A stretch of DNA of 62,081 nt, counting the filler, from Sphacelaria rigidula (taxonomy: Eukaryota): the NCBI GenBank assembly GCA_964200075.2. It is 6 parts of 6 records of this genome, joined end to end, with 100 filler letters (N's around TTAATTAATTAA, not from the genome) between each part and the next. Parts side by side here need not be neighbours in the genome. Positions count along the whole stretch, not along the records: positions 20,729 to 30,992 come from CAXNAA020006835.1; positions 31,093 to 41,355 come from CAXNAA020006836.1; 4 more parts are not named here. One strand, written 5' to 3'. The first letter of the stretch is position 1, and every line of letters starts with the position of its first letter. A program made the translations under genes and the position numbers. This document shows, piece by piece, positions 21,713 to 35,111 of the stretch. The notes under the pieces are model-generated. The model ran no database searches, was not told the origin of the DNA, and saw only the letters and a list, made by a program, of their open reading frames with translations.

Positions 21713-24700
21713 ACTATTCTCTTTCGATGTCCGGTAAAGATAGGCCCACAATTGGCTCATCTTGCGGGCTTCAAGACTGGTGGTGGTATCGATGAGTTGT
21801 GACGCAAATAATATCTGTGATGCAAAATGTCATGCTTTCGACACCACTTACTCGCAGTACGAACCCGCTCGCGAGAGTTGCGGCTTGGCGTTGAGCGCGA
21901 AATTGTAACGTCGTGGCGATAGGTCGAGTTGGAATCACACTAGGAAAACCCATAAGCGAAGAAGGAGGTATAGATAGCAACGCCTGTGCTAGCCTTTCAG
22001 AGCAGGCAAATGGAGTCGTAAATGCGCTCTTCCAACACCCGTGAACGGCAAACCTCTTTTCGGAACAACATCGCCAGCTGACCTTCAACTCCCGTTCAAG
22101 CACGACGGAACGGGTAGCTGACCCGCTCCTCTATGCCTGGGAGCACCAGCTCCAACGAAGACAAAACGCGCAGTCCGTGGTCCCAAACCCCATGTGATCG
22201 AACTGAAGCAGCTTGTGTGCACTTGTTTTTATTCAGCGGTCTAACCAGGACCCATTTCCGGGATCTGGCACACGAGGTTTACTGTAGAACACAGAACATA
22301 AAATCCTGTCTCCGACGCCCGCTCGCGTACTCGTAGTCAGTACTGCTATGTCTCTCACGTCCTACGACAGTACTCCGTGTTATAATACGGCGGTTGTACC
22401 TTGGCATCGCTGAGCGGGATGGGAGTCGGTCGGCATGGTAAAATCCAGCTGTACACCGAGAATGCGTAGGAATGTAACTGCACCTGTTTGTGACGGCGAC
22501 AACGCCCTCCAGCTGCACCGACGGTGCCCAGCAGCACATGGAGGTGCTTGGCTTTGTCGAGTATCGCTGCGGCTGATTTGCAAAGGATTGCATGCAACAG
22601 GAGATCGTTGATGTTGCTGTGGTTGATGTTGCTGTTGTTGCAGCGCTTCTAATCGCACAGGCGGTACAAGTGCTGTAGCAATACCAATCAATCCCCGTCC
22701 TGTTGAGCTGTATATGAGCATACAGGCTACTGCGAGCTTCGACATGGATGTACTCATCGCGCTACCTTGCGTCGACACAAAGCATCAGGAGACCTCGCAT
22801 TGACAGTCGAGCGGACACCGACCAAACCAGCTAAGAGAGTACTGTATGACAACGCGAAGTATCCTTATCCAAAAAATACGTCATTTTCCAATAATGTCCC
22901 AAGCAACACTGTTGTGCACTACGAGAAAACATATATCTACATCCAGTGATTGCCGTGATAATGAGGCCAATCCTATCCAGTGAACGTGCTTAAGTAATAA
23001 AGTTGAAAAAAATATTAGGGATACCCAAGATCATTCGTGTGTGTCGCAGAAACACTGTAGTGCAGAGTGTATTGACCACAACGGGACGTGACATATATGA
23101 ATTTTCGAAAGTGGTAAAAACAAACATAGGCATAGCCGTGTACCTGACCTCTCAGATGCCAACTTGGTTGCTTGCTTCCGGAAGCGATCTCCACCTGAGG
23201 CAGAGAAGGCTTGCACCATCGATCTTACAGGTCTGTCCAGCTGTGGAATTTATTCTAAAAACTTAACCGTATTGTGATAAAAACCCACTGGCCCCATATT
23301 TCTGAGAGTCCTGATTCTGAATTAGAGGAAGCACCAGGAGGTGGGGTTGATAGCAAAGCTCGGCCAAAGCTCAAGAGTTCAGGTATGCCACTACTGCTAC
23401 TGATGTAGACTACGGTTAAGTGGATAGCACTTGAATGATCAATTGGTTGATATTTGCTCTTGCCGAATTCGGATCATCCATGTGTCGCGTGCTGTGGGTT
23501 GCAGTTCCCACGCGTTCGCCTTGAGTCGACTAGTGTATCATGTCCAAAAGTATCATACCGAACCTTACTCTATGCAGCTCTCGTGCTTGCTGTACGCCAA
23601 GTGTGAGGCAGGGCAAGCCAGGATGATGTTGTGATGCACATAGGTAGATATCGCGAAGTGATGGTTAGTCCCTCACCTATTTGCCCCAGACGCGAGTGTA
23701 CTGTACCATGTGAGAGCTCAAGTACAGCACAGCATCTTATCCAGAGTACAGTACAGTACAGTGTACAGCACGCACAGGTGGGAACACGATATCATCTGCA
23801 CCTTTTTGTCCACTTCTTTCGCAAGAATTACCTCCGGGCGTTTTGTTAGAACTGCTCCCGAGCCCAAACCTGTATCTACGGTAGAACACGATGTATCGTC
23901 ACCTATATGCCATATATCACCCCCTGGTCACCACCACTTAGTCATGAATTGTCGGCTATTTTGGCACCATGCCTGCATTCTTCAGCGGTACGTTGAATAT
24001 CACCCCCAAATGTGGCACGGGTGCGGTACACGCTATGTGTTACGTTACCTTCACGGGCGATGAGATTCGTGACATCTACGCTATTGGATACTTGTGGGAG
24101 TGTACGGGGCTAACGAGTCGCGCATTAGCAAGCGGTGTTGATCTCAATATGTCGTCACGATATTCAAGATATCACAATTACCGTCCAGTTACCGTGTGAT
24201 GCTCTACAATAGAGCATCATAATTGTCAGGTAACGTACAAGCATTGAGCATTGGTAATCACGTATGTATTCAAAGAACAAAGCTTGCTGCTATGTGTCGG
24301 TGTTGATTCCCTGACATATAAGCGGTTATATGCACTGGAACGATTTGCAGATCGACAGTACCTTATTAACCAGGCAGTTTTTGCCAACGGGGTCTTCACG
24401 GAGTGCTGGATTGTATTTCTCATTAAATTCGAGGATGAAAATTCTTTCAGGCAGTTGGAGTGGGGTACCATACCTCACAGACCCTGAAGTTCGGAGATAT
24501 TTGCAGTGTTAAGTATTCCAGGGTGCCTGGGAGATCAACTGCCGAAAGTATCGAGTACTCTCGGGTACCTTGGGGATATCGGTTAGCGGCAGTAATGGAT
24601 CTTCCAGAGTACGGTACAGCGCAGTACAGCGACAACGATTTGCCGGAGAAAATTGAGATATGCTTAAGGTGAGCAAGCACTCTCCCGGAAATAGGAAACT

Positions 24701-25187
24701 GCTCAGACATAGCTGAAGAGTATGCTGCTTGCGAATGTTGTAACATTTCCCTGGAATTGCGGAGTATCTGCAACACCGAGTGCGATGGGGTACACAGGGT
24801 ATCGACTGACGGAAGTACCCACTATTCCAGGAGCATCATATATGGACAAGCCCAAGTTCCTGACGCTCAACCGTTCCCTACTTACCCGTCGTTGTAGAAT
24901 TTTCACCGCGCGTGTGGCATGTCACCACCTTGGGTACATTCGGCTGTACTTCATCAGAATATACAAGGGCGCAACCCGCCTTGGCATAGAGCGCTGGGAA
25001 CGCGGCAGGGGAGACGCGGTATTCATGGTGAAATCCTGCGTAACGGCTGCGTTTTTCGCGTGAAGTCTTAAGCCGATATCCCATAGGTAATTTTGTCAAA
25101 AGATATGGGTGGAAAGGGGGGTGACGAGCTGTGTACACCGCCGGGACCATCGCCCTCTTCCGCCCCCTACGTGCGCAAGTTATAATT

Positions 25188-25902
25188 TGCTTCTCTTGTG
25201 AATCTGGAATAATTTTATTAAATTTTCCTCGGCAAGCATGCAAGGAAACGGTGCGAAATGCTACTAATCTCGAACTCAAGATAGAGGCAGTATATCGCCT
25301 CCGTCTCTAGCATTTCTACAATCTGGTGCCCCTTGTGCACGTGCACGCCCATAAATATCTTGTACTTGTATGCGTATAAACCCAAGAAAGCGCATTTTGC
25401 TATCCTACATGGTTACCACGATACTACTTCCCCGCTGGGAGGGGGGGATGGGAAAACGAAATCGCCTGGTGCGTTGCTTGACGATATTGTTGAGTAAAGG
25501 CCGTACTGTACTTTCGTTACCACTCCTTTTCCCGATTACGCTGAATCCGATTCTTGCTTCGCTGTTATCCGGCAACTTGATCCGTCGCACTGTGCAGCGA
25601 TTCGTACCGATACACAAACCGCAGATCCCGCTACGCTCCGATCCTTCACTCTGCTTCTCTTGTGAATCTGGAATAATTTTTATTAAATTTTCCTCGGCAA
25701 GCATATGCAAGGAAACGGTGCGAAATGCTACTAATCCCGAACTCAAGATAGAGGCGGTATATCGCCTTCGTCTCGAGTAGCATTTCTACAATCTGGTGCC
25801 CCTTGTGCACCGCACGCCCATAATTATCTTGTACTTGTATGCGTATAAACGCAAAAAAGCGCATTCTGCTATCCTACATGGTTACCATGATACTACTTCC
25901 CC
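25188..25902 (-). repeat. 3' split direct repeats B1-A2-B2
   Basis: B is ~250 bp (TGCTTCTCTTGTGAATCTGG...ATACTACTTCCCC) at 25188 and 25652. A2 is ~190 bp and matches 29784-29972. Confidence 0.95.
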
Positions 25903-26074
25903 ATTTTACAATCATCACCCCTTTTCTCTTCTCTTCCTCATCACGTGTATCGCTTCACCGGCTATATTGACTGTCATCACCCCACATTAAAATCTGGTCA
26001 CTGCCATCTCCCCATTTCGTTCCTTGCCCGGGTTGAATGCCACCGGCTAAAACGTCCTCTGTTAGCGCCTGAGA

Positions 26075-27129
26075 TACTGCCCCTGAGTCTTCCAAGTTAG
26101 CTCGAACGTATTCCATGAAAGCTCCACTACGCCAACGACCTTCGCGTTAAATAACGGCTGGTAAAATGCCTGCCGCGGCCAAACGCGTTGCTCCCCCGAT
26201 ACGACCCGAATGAAGTGTATATTCTGAAGGGTTCACACCATGCTGTTGCACTAACTCCCGCAGAGCGGTTGCTGCTTGCTCACGCGTCCACACCCTCCAT
26301 TTTGATTGTGAGGGGTACGTGGTGAGCGGGGCGTTAGCGTCCAATTCAGGGTGAACTAGCATCAGCGCGGTCATTGTTTCCAACCCGCCACCTTGCGCAC
26401 CTAAGGACCGACCGATGTCTACTGCCTGCTTGTTGGGTTGAGTTACGGCACGATTTCTGCTCAACACGGCCCCTCGTCTTTTCTGGTCACCCTTGTGCAC
26501 CTTGAAACGTACTTCTACGCTATCAGCTGTTTGCCATTCTGCGTGCTTGTGCAATTGTGTCCCGCCCCTCTTGAATGCAATATCCCTGTGTGTCAGACCA
26601 AAGTCCTTGTGGATTTTTCCGTTACTGTACGCGAACAATTCGGATGCCCTGCATAGAAAGAAGTATGAAACGCATTAAGATAACCACAGAACCGTACCTC
26701 CTTCACCCCACGAGGAAATTAAGCTGTGTCCTTGCTTCAGCATTACCCAAGTCAGGGGGCGCCTCACGCGTGCCCCTTCCCCTTTTTGTGCACTCTCTTT
26801 ATTTAGTCCCTATTTGACTGCTCGTAAGAAATAGTGTGTCAGTGGCAACTCTATGCCTATTAGTTTGTGAAAATATTGTACCGCCGATGCCCCTGGAAAA
26901 ATATAGGTATGCAACGAATTTTGCCAATTCCTGCGCCATTGCGTCTTTTCCTAGCTGGGGCTAAGTAAGCTTCTCTCCCGACGCCTTCTTGCCTGAATTG
27001 TTTCCCTAACTTCCAACCCCCACTGTAAGTGGCCAAAGTCGATGGTGCAACCCCGACGCGTGCGAGAATGTCCGCAAGGCCTCGGAACAAATCGTCGCAC
27101 CTTGCTCGCCCAAATGCGCCTCCTGCCAA
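26075..27129 (-). pseudogene. Tyrosine recombinase (frameshifts/stop)
   Basis: N-terminal VAPSTLATYSGGW; SYFFLCRASEL (catalytic R); FKVHKGDQ (K); YTLHSGRIGGAT (HxxR); after the TAA at 26147, GRWRSGAFMEYVR (W...Y). Confidence 0.92.
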
Positions 27130-27169
27130 TATGGGGATGGGTGTATTGCGTACAATTTCGACGAGATTT

Positions 27170-29133
27170 CACTACGCGGCCAGCGGGATAAACCATCGGC
27201 AATCACGTTTTCTCTGCCCGCGATGTGGTGTGCCCGGTGGCACTATCCCCCGCGCATATTTAGGGTGCCGAGCAGGCGCATTAGTGCTGCTGCTCGTGGG
27301 TCACGCGTGCCTCCGCAGCGATTGACCCAAGCTACTGCGGATGCATTATCTCCGTTGAAATACACGGTGTCATTCTCTGCCGTGGGCCCGTCGCCCTTGG
27401 CGATGGTCATGGTCCATGCTGTCATTACCATCCCCAACAATTCCAATAGATTAATATCAATTGCGTTGTGCTGGGGACCGTGCCACGTTGCTTGTGTTCG
27501 TGCTATCTCGTCGGGTGTGAGGTCGTACCGCCACCAGATTAAAATCTCTGGGCAGTACCCGCCTATTGCCCGCAACGATGCGTCAGATATTCGATGCCTC
27601 GTGATTGGTCGTGAAATGTGACCGAATACTGGTGAGTATAACGACATGCCATGCTTTGGTACGTTATGCCCTACCGCCTCTTTCCACCACGCTAGGTCGT
27701 GGTGAAATTCCGCTGCCAGATTAACCAGCTGCCCCCCGTGCTTGATCGGAACGTTGTGGTCCTCGTAGTTCCTGTTGTCCGTACCCGAAATAGATAACAA
27801 TCTCCACACGAAATATTTCCCTGGTCTTACGACGGTGGATATGTGACGTAATTTGCCCGCTAAACTCCACACCTCTCTCGCTTGGGCTACTCTCCTGTGT
27901 TCCGGCCATTTGTCCAAGATTATTTTTATCTCATCTATCTTTTTAGCCGGGATAGATATACGCATTAACTGTGTGTCTACTGTGAAAGTCAGTACCTCTT
28001 GCGTGGTTGCCCAGTCTGTGAGCTTGTGTGGTGACAGAACGGGGTTCTCTGGGCCCCGCTGAAACCCTAACATGCGCAAATGGTCTGAAATGGCCGATTG
28101 CGACGCCCTCATAAGTCTCGTGTCGCTGTCACCGAGGAGGGCCTCTACGAGAATAGTATCGTCTACGTACGTTTCGCAAAAGAAATTGTCCTGCCGTCCT
28201 CCGCCTGATGTGGGGGCTATTCTGGTCTGGGGGGGGGGGGGGTGATACTGTGTTCAACTTGCGGACGCCTCACACCTATTGTACTAGCGATTTCTATTGC
28301 TTCGGGTAAAATTATAGCCGGTTCAGGAGACGTATGATTGTGTGAGTATGCTATTGCTGAAGCCGGAATACCCCACCATCCTGCTGATGAACGCCAACCG
28401 AATGGTAATCTGCAGTCGATGCAAATGTAATCTGCGAAGGCGTATGATAGAATCGGTGCTCTGTCCAATCTATCCGGAGCTGGCGGTATGCTGCTGCTAC
28501 GTCCATTTTGGCTACGTATATGGGTGCCTTGGCGCCGAATTTATGCCGCAGGCCGCAAATTCTCGCAAACATGCTGGGTAGAACGTGCCCCAGGGGAATC
28601 TTTGGCACGGCGTCGAAGTTTGTGTCTCCGTTTACCCCCAACTTCGCGTCCGCGCCGCCCCCCTGTCCAAATGACGGATCTAAAATCAAACGCGTTCTTG
28701 ATGGTGACACTACTAAGGCTAGTGGCGATATTCTCAAGCCTTGGATTGATTCTGCCATTCGGCGGTGTACGAATAATATCCGCCCGAATCGTATCTCGTT
28801 GACGATGAGTGCTGCGACTTTGGAGTCTACAGCGCTGGAATGGTTACCGTACTCTAATGCGTTGACCAGATCATCTTGCCCTTGAACATCTACCGGAACA
28901 CCGACATCTACGATTCTCAGTAACTGTTGCATCTGCGGGAAGAATTTTGCGCCAAAGTGGTCGCTGATTATTTGCCTGTTCATATGTGGTGCCGTAAATT
29001 CTCCGCCCAGTATGCGCGCTACATTCCCCGCTCGTCCTCTATGCGTGATCAAAAGGGTAGAAGTAATGTCCGCTAGCCTGCGCATACATTCGTTGATGCT
29101 ACCGCTTTTTTGGTCTGCATGTACGATATTCAA
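27170..29133 (-). pseudogene. Reverse transcriptase-RNase H (disrupted)
   Basis: RT motifs ISPLALV..RLILD, KMDVAAAYRQL, RLPFGWRSS and TYVDD (about 28158-28172). RNase H motifs SDAS, INLLEL, GDNASAV and HIAGRENVIADGLSR (after the TAG at 27243). Confidence 0.93.
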
Positions 29134-29619
29134 CTGCTCTAGTGCTGCGTACCAATTGCTCCGTGTAACCGCATGGGTGGCTGCTGATCGGGAGTCCCTC
29201 CCTTGGGTTGGGCCTGATCCGTCTCCCCTGTTCTGTTGTTGCCAATCCGGTTCCCATGATACAGTAGTCCTATGCGAATCCGGATGATCCGGACCTGTAT
29301 ATATTAGTTTAAGTACGTGCGTTGTTGGCGTTTATCAATAATCTGTCCGCTGTTTTCTGCGGCATCATATCTCTTGCTGTAGCGCCTGCTGGTCGGGGAC
29401 TCAGCGGGTGCGTGATATTAACAGGGAGGAGACTATTCGTTGCGTTGCGCGTAAAGCGTATTTTGAATCCGTGATTTGTCTTACTGTGATGCTATACCTC
29501 TCTCTGCCGCTCCTGTGTAAGTCGGGGGCCGAGTGAGTGCCTATGCTGTGGTATGTTCTGTCTGCAGCGATTGTGTGTACATGACTCATTGGATGCGGGT
29601 ACCATGTTGTGCCCCCTTT

Positions 29620-29782
29620 ATTGCAGCGCCTGTTATCGATACATGGACTCAGTGGGTGCTAATGCGGTACGATGACCCTGGCTGCAGCGCCTGTATCAGT
29701 GATCGATACAGGGACTCAGCGGGTGCTAATGCGGTACGCTAACCCTGCCTGCAGCGCCTTTATCATTGATCGATACAGGGGC
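29620..29782 (+). repeat. ~60-68-bp tandem repeat (about 2.5 copies) next to repeat A1
   Basis: TGCAGCGCCT...ATCGATACA(T/G)GGACTCAG(T/C)GGGTGCTAATGCGGTACG repeated, with a related fragment at 29378-29410. Confidence 0.8.
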
Positions 29783-29783
29783 T

Positions 29784-29972
29784 ATCACCTGCTGCGTTGC
29801 TTGACGATATTGTTGAATACAGGCCGTACTGTACTGTCGTTATCACTCCTTTTCCCGATTACGCTGAATCCGATTATTGCTCCGCTGTAATCCGGCAACT
29901 CGATCCGTTGCACTATGTAACGATTCGTACCGATGCACAAACCGCAGATCCCGCTCCGCTCCGATCCTTCAC
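29784..29972 (-). repeat. 5' split direct repeat A1
   Basis: Matches 25461-25649. Confidence 0.95.
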
Positions 29973-30895
29973 GGTATCACCTGACATAAATGCAAGGCAA
30001 TCAATCGAAGCTTGTGCGTGCAAGCTTTGTACAGATATGATGAGCTCTAAATGACTCTTTCGAAGAGTGTGTCAGCAGCGAAGTCAGATGAACGACAAGG
30101 AGAAAATTCGGAATAAAAGAATTGGAACAGGAAAATACGTACCGAGTATGCACAATTTCTCACACCCGATATCGGGTATGTGCTGGCGGAGGCCAACTGA
30201 ACTTACTTGTTCCCCGCACAGAAGCGCTCCCGCTCAATTGCCATGCTCTCGCGAAAACTTATGATTGATGCACATCCCCACCCCCCTCCCACAGGCTATA
30301 CCTGGCACAACGTCTCGGCTCGAACTTATTTCAGTGCCCCCTTGTCCGCTTCTGTCGTTCATTTTAACATTCTATACCTCTGATAAATCATGGTCTGGGT
30401 TAGGTATCGTGTACAGCTCACGCCGTCAAAAGATGTGCAGATGAACTGCCCTCTTAAAGCTCAAGCCGAGGAATGCGTGTAAAGCTCGTGTGGCTTCCTA
30501 CGGCTCATCACGGGGACAGATGAGCTAGCTGATGAAGCTCTCTATAGCTCACTCTGGGTATGTGCAGATGAGCTATCTTCTTGCAGCTCAAGCCGGAGAT
30601 ACAACATGCACAGCTCATATGGCTCCAACAGCTCACTCTGTGCAAAATATATAGACATACTAACCCTTCGGGCGCCGGATTTCGTTTCCCCACAAGTATC
30701 AATACTTACGGCTGTCCCAAGGGATATGTGAGACCGTATACTGTATTAGGAAAGGTTTTAACAACGTGCTGTTCTGTCTGCAGAAGCTCAGATGCAGGTG
30801 TCGTGAAAAAACTCCCCCTGGACCCCCCCCTCCCATCTGTAGGGATGTGGGTAATGGTCATATGACTATGGTATGGCAGGCATTATCATGAGTAC

Positions 30896-30933
<38 letters not shown>

Positions 30934-30992
30934 ACACGATTTTCTTCGCCCTGCTTTTTTCTTTTTTTCTAATTGTTGGTGGGGATGGTGCG

Positions 30993-31092
30993 NNNNNNNN
31001 NNNNNNNNNNNNNNNNNNNNNNNNNNNNNNNNNNNNTTAATTAATTAANNNNNNNNNNNNNNNNNNNNNNNNNNNNNNNNNNNNNNNNNNNN
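30993..31092. other. Artificial contig linker
   Basis: N44-TTAATTAATTAA-N44. Confidence 0.98.
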
Positions 31093-31199
31093 AATGGAAC
31101 CATATTTCGAAGATTTAGTGTGGATACGAAGATTTTAATCCTCCGGGTTCTCATCCTCAATGAAAGCACCATCCTCAACATAGATGATCGGCTGTTTAA

Positions 31200-32371
31200 T
31201 TCGCTTTAACCTAGCCATTTTTTCGTTCCGTATGTGCTTTTCTTTGCCTCAGTCACTAGCGTGTGCTCACAGCTACACGTCGATATCTTAGTCAGGGCTA
31301 TCAAGGGCCTCAGTGGCAAGCTGCTACAGAAAGCACATCAGGCCTCGTGGAGAGGCATTTCGAAACTGAAACGACTCATTCACTAATTGACCGCTTTTCA
31401 CCCTCATTCGTATCCTCTACTCTCAATCTCACGAAAACGTTGATTTTTATGGCAACGAATCTCGATTTGTACAAATGTGAGGATTTCAGCCCGCAGGCGA
31501 TTTTCTCCCGTGGATTGATTTTTCGGACCTCAGTCCGTTGGGCAATGTTTTTCGGCTAAATTTAGCTGTGGGCAAACCAGATCAGTTCTCCGATTTCCTG
31601 GGCGTTGACGTTCGATACATCACTTTTTTGCCAAAATCGGGAAAATCCCGCATCTCCCCCGATTTTTCGAGAAAATCGGGGGAGATGCGGGATTTTCTCG
31701 ATTCTAGCAGAAAGTCGGTGAACCAAAAGTCAACGCCCAGAGAATCGGAGAATTGGTGGTCTGGTTTGCTCACAGCTGGGCGAAAAACATTGCCCAACGG
31801 ACTGGGATCCGAACAAAACAATCCACGGGAGAAAATCGTCTGTAGACGTGCTGACATCCTCATCGTTGTACAAATCGAGATTCGTCGGCATAAAAGTGGG
31901 TCTTAAGAGCCCCTGAACCAGACAAGATTTTGCGCAAAAAGTGCACCCCTACCGTAGCATTGCTCGCACCAGAATTATAGCGGTTGAAAACCGCGAGGGT
32001 GAGTGGATCGAACTTCGGCATACCACGACATGGCACAGGGAACAAAGTCTCCGTGAAGATGAGACCACGTTTCTTGGCAGCTAGGGAACGCTTTTAACAA
32101 CGTTCTCGTGAGATTGAGAGTGGTTTTGATCACTCGCTTTAACTCAGCCAATTTTTCATTCCGCGTGTGCTCTTTTTTGCCTTCATCACTTGCGTGAGCT
32201 TACAGCTACACGTCGATATCCCACTCAGTGTTATTAAGGGTCTCAGTGGCAAGCTACTTCAGAAAGCATATTGCGCCTCCTGGAGGGGCATTGCGGAACT
32301 GAAATGATTTACTCACTCATTGACCGCTTCTCACTCTCAATCGTATCCTCTACTCTCAATTTCACGAAAAC
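31200..32371 (+). repeat. ~240-bp direct duplication (31200-31439 and 32135-32371) bracketing the foldback
   Basis: TCGCTTTAAC...CAGCTACACGTCGATATC...CGTATCCTCTACTCTCAAT(C/T)TCACGAAAAC occurs twice. Confidence 0.85.
31445..31895. mobile_element. Foldback/palindromic element (~225-bp arms)
   Basis: Outer ACGAATCTCGATTTGTACAA pairs with TTGTACAAATCGAGATTCGT. The inner stem GAAAATCCCGCATCTCCCCCGATTTT / AAAATCGGGGGAGATGCGGGATTTTC is perfect. Confidence 0.85.
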
Positions 32372-35111
32372 ACTGTTTTTTTTCTAGTTTTCTGCAATTG
32401 TGAGCCGAGCGACGGGTGATTTAAATGCACCCCGGACAAATACTCAGGCCTCTGTGGAAACGAAATACCATGCCTGATTTGTCGACTCAACCATCTGGCG
32501 ACGTTAAAGCGAGAACCCACATGAAAAAAGACGCTCACTTTTGTTAGTAGCCCGTCATGTGGGCGGATCTGTAAACTTTTGCTGTTTAGCGTCGGATTGG
32601 CAAATTAGACCCAGCATGGTGTTTCCACGAGTAGGGCTCCAACATTAGCTCAGCGTAAAACCGCACTATACTACGAGAGGGTCGCCGGCTTGGAATATAC
32701 ATGGTGTGTAAGTAACAAAAATTGTTTTTATGGACAACATGTAATGGCAGATCACGAAACATGATGCCACTACCCAGATGATAGTGTCGCATGTAGCCGT
32801 TGACCTCGGCGCGTATCGCCTCGCACAGACGCCAACGGCACAAAGTTGCGACGAGTGATATTTGGTGACAACCCATGCCTCTTTCGGCAAATGCGATGGC
32901 GCGTTTTTTACAGTTCGAACAGAAGCATGCACGGTTCGAACGATCACTTTCACAACTCAGGCGTGATTGCTCGAAAGACAGAGAAAAGTTGACCGCTGGT
33001 CAGAAAGATCCCCACACGCAATTTTTGCAACATTCCACGTGCCTGGGCTGCCGGCGCGTACCTGGGTTGCAACGCTGAAAACAAAGCCCTCACGGTACGA
33101 ATCAATTACACTAAAATCAAGTAATTTCTAGACGAATCTTTCATTCGTCCGACCCTTGGAAGGATTTGGGCTTGTCAGGTCCCGGGTAATCGTTTTGTGG
33201 GAACGAGGTTCACGATTTTCATCCGCTTATGCATTTTCTCGATCCCAAGCCGCGAGGCTCGGTCACAGGTGCAAGTCGTCACCACAAGTGACAATATCCA
33301 TGACCGTGCTAACACATGGCCATGTGCAGAACAGCACCGGGTGCATTACCCAAATGAGACACTCGTGTTCCGCTAATATTTCGGGTCACAACAACTGCTT
33401 CATGCGTCATGGCGCTGGTTGCAGGAAAATTAGACACAACTAACTCTCGTACACACGAGTGAAACACCTCAAAAAGAACGAAGCATCTTACTTCATTCCG
33501 CCTCGAGAGCAAAGACAGCAACCGCTACACCGCATTTCCTGCCACCCGCCCACTCTCAGTATTTCAGCATCATACCACGGTATGGCACACGCTTACACAC
33601 GCAACGGAAACAAATTGGTGTGGGTGTCAGCCAACGCGGTGGCCAAGTAACTCCTGCTCAAACGCCTCCGGAGCTTGAATCTGCAGCGTTTGTAGCAGGA
33701 GGGCGCCCCTCGTCCGTCCTTTGATTACCGTTGCTGGCAGAGGCAACAGATTTCTTGAAGGGAGAACCATCAGGGATGACGGTGACCCAAGTACAATCTT
33801 CCTTCGGCGGCAGTCCGGCGATCGCCAGCTAACAAAAAATGTACACCTCCAGGCGCGACAAGGGCGCGTCCCGTAAATGGCATCGCGTTCACAGCAGCAT
33901 TAACACTGCTATCAATAAAATTGTCCCTCTCCCCCCTCCCCCCCACAGAGATTCAGCGCCTCATGATGTCTGGGCGAGGCGCCGTCGCCTTTCCTGGATG
34001 AAAGAATACGTTTCATGACGCCCCGCATCAGTACCCACCTAACCTTCGGGCCAAAAGCAGGTGCAGTATGTGGGAACGACAAAGATTCCAGCTGGAGATT
34101 AGCCGCAAAAGCAGTGCCGATTCGAACATCCATTTCGATATATACATTAATTTCGAGGGGTCTAACCAACGGCGCAGCTTTCTTCATTTCCTCAAACTTT
34201 TTCTGGAGAAACTCGGGAATCCTTCTTCGACTCCTCACGAAAAAACGTACCCAAGAAAAAAAAAAAACGCTAGATTGTCGGATAAATCTGTAGTCAGACT
34301 TGAATGTACTGCCTAACGTCGTCCAAGAACTCTGCTCTCATATTTTTTAGAGTTCTTGTTTTTACCCCCGGAAAGAAATAGTGAATTTCGAGGAGAAAAG
34401 TAGACGCGTCAATTGCACCCATCCCTTACAAGAACGAAAGGTTTTTTCGCCGGACAGTCTCTCTCCATCGTGAGTGTGTTCGGCCGCCCTCGTGAGTTGC
34501 AAGGTTTGTAAGATTCATTCATTTCGGTTCGAATGTTAGATTGGGCGCGCTCCACATATTGTTCGATTGTGCAGGAATATTCTCAATAGCGCAACGAGTA
34601 CTACGGAGGTGTGGCACTATCCGCCTTGCGGTCTCTTCACGCGACAAAACGCCGCCGATGGGGTCAAGACAGGCACTTTCGATCACAACACACATTTCCA
34701 CACGTGGGACAGCTCATGATTTACCTGAATATTACTTCTCAGTGTACTGATCCGAACCATGAGCTAGCTCATTTGTCCCCTTGCTCCATATTTGTTCCGT
34801 ACAGAGCTGGACGCCGACCACGCGCAGTAGCGCATACGTCGCACTGTGGCTTCTCGAACCCCGCTATTACGTATTGTGTGTTCTAGAACAACGGGTCTGA
34901 GGGTCCTCTTCGATAAGCTATTTCAGGTAGCTCATGAGCTGTCCGACGTGTGCACGTGTCCATCCCATAAGGAGTGACCCCAGTCGGGGTTTCTTTGATC
35001 GGGTGGCGTGCGCCGGAGGTATATTGGGCGACAATTTCCGCGATACCTCCTCCCCCCCGAAAGAAAACGCGATTGGTTTGGGGAGCAAAAAACTAAACGT
35101 ATATCTGTAAG

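Larger units (their letters stand above)
25188..29972 (-). mobile_element. Tyrosine-recombinase retrotransposon (DIRS order, Ngaro-like) with split direct repeats; full-length, mutated
   Basis: Minus-strand order is A1 (29972-29784), RT, RNase H, YR, B1 (25902-25652), A2 (25649-25461), B2 (25433-25188). There is no room for a methyltransferase between RNase H and YR. Confidence 0.93.

Noticed and set aside
21300-22700. Minus-strand exon candidates (about 22648-22484 and 22131-22084)
   Set aside because: Several frames are open and there is no homology cue, so I cannot support a call.
33912-34238. 108-aa ORF as an MPI exon or transposase
   Set aside because: No MPI or DDE motifs recognised.
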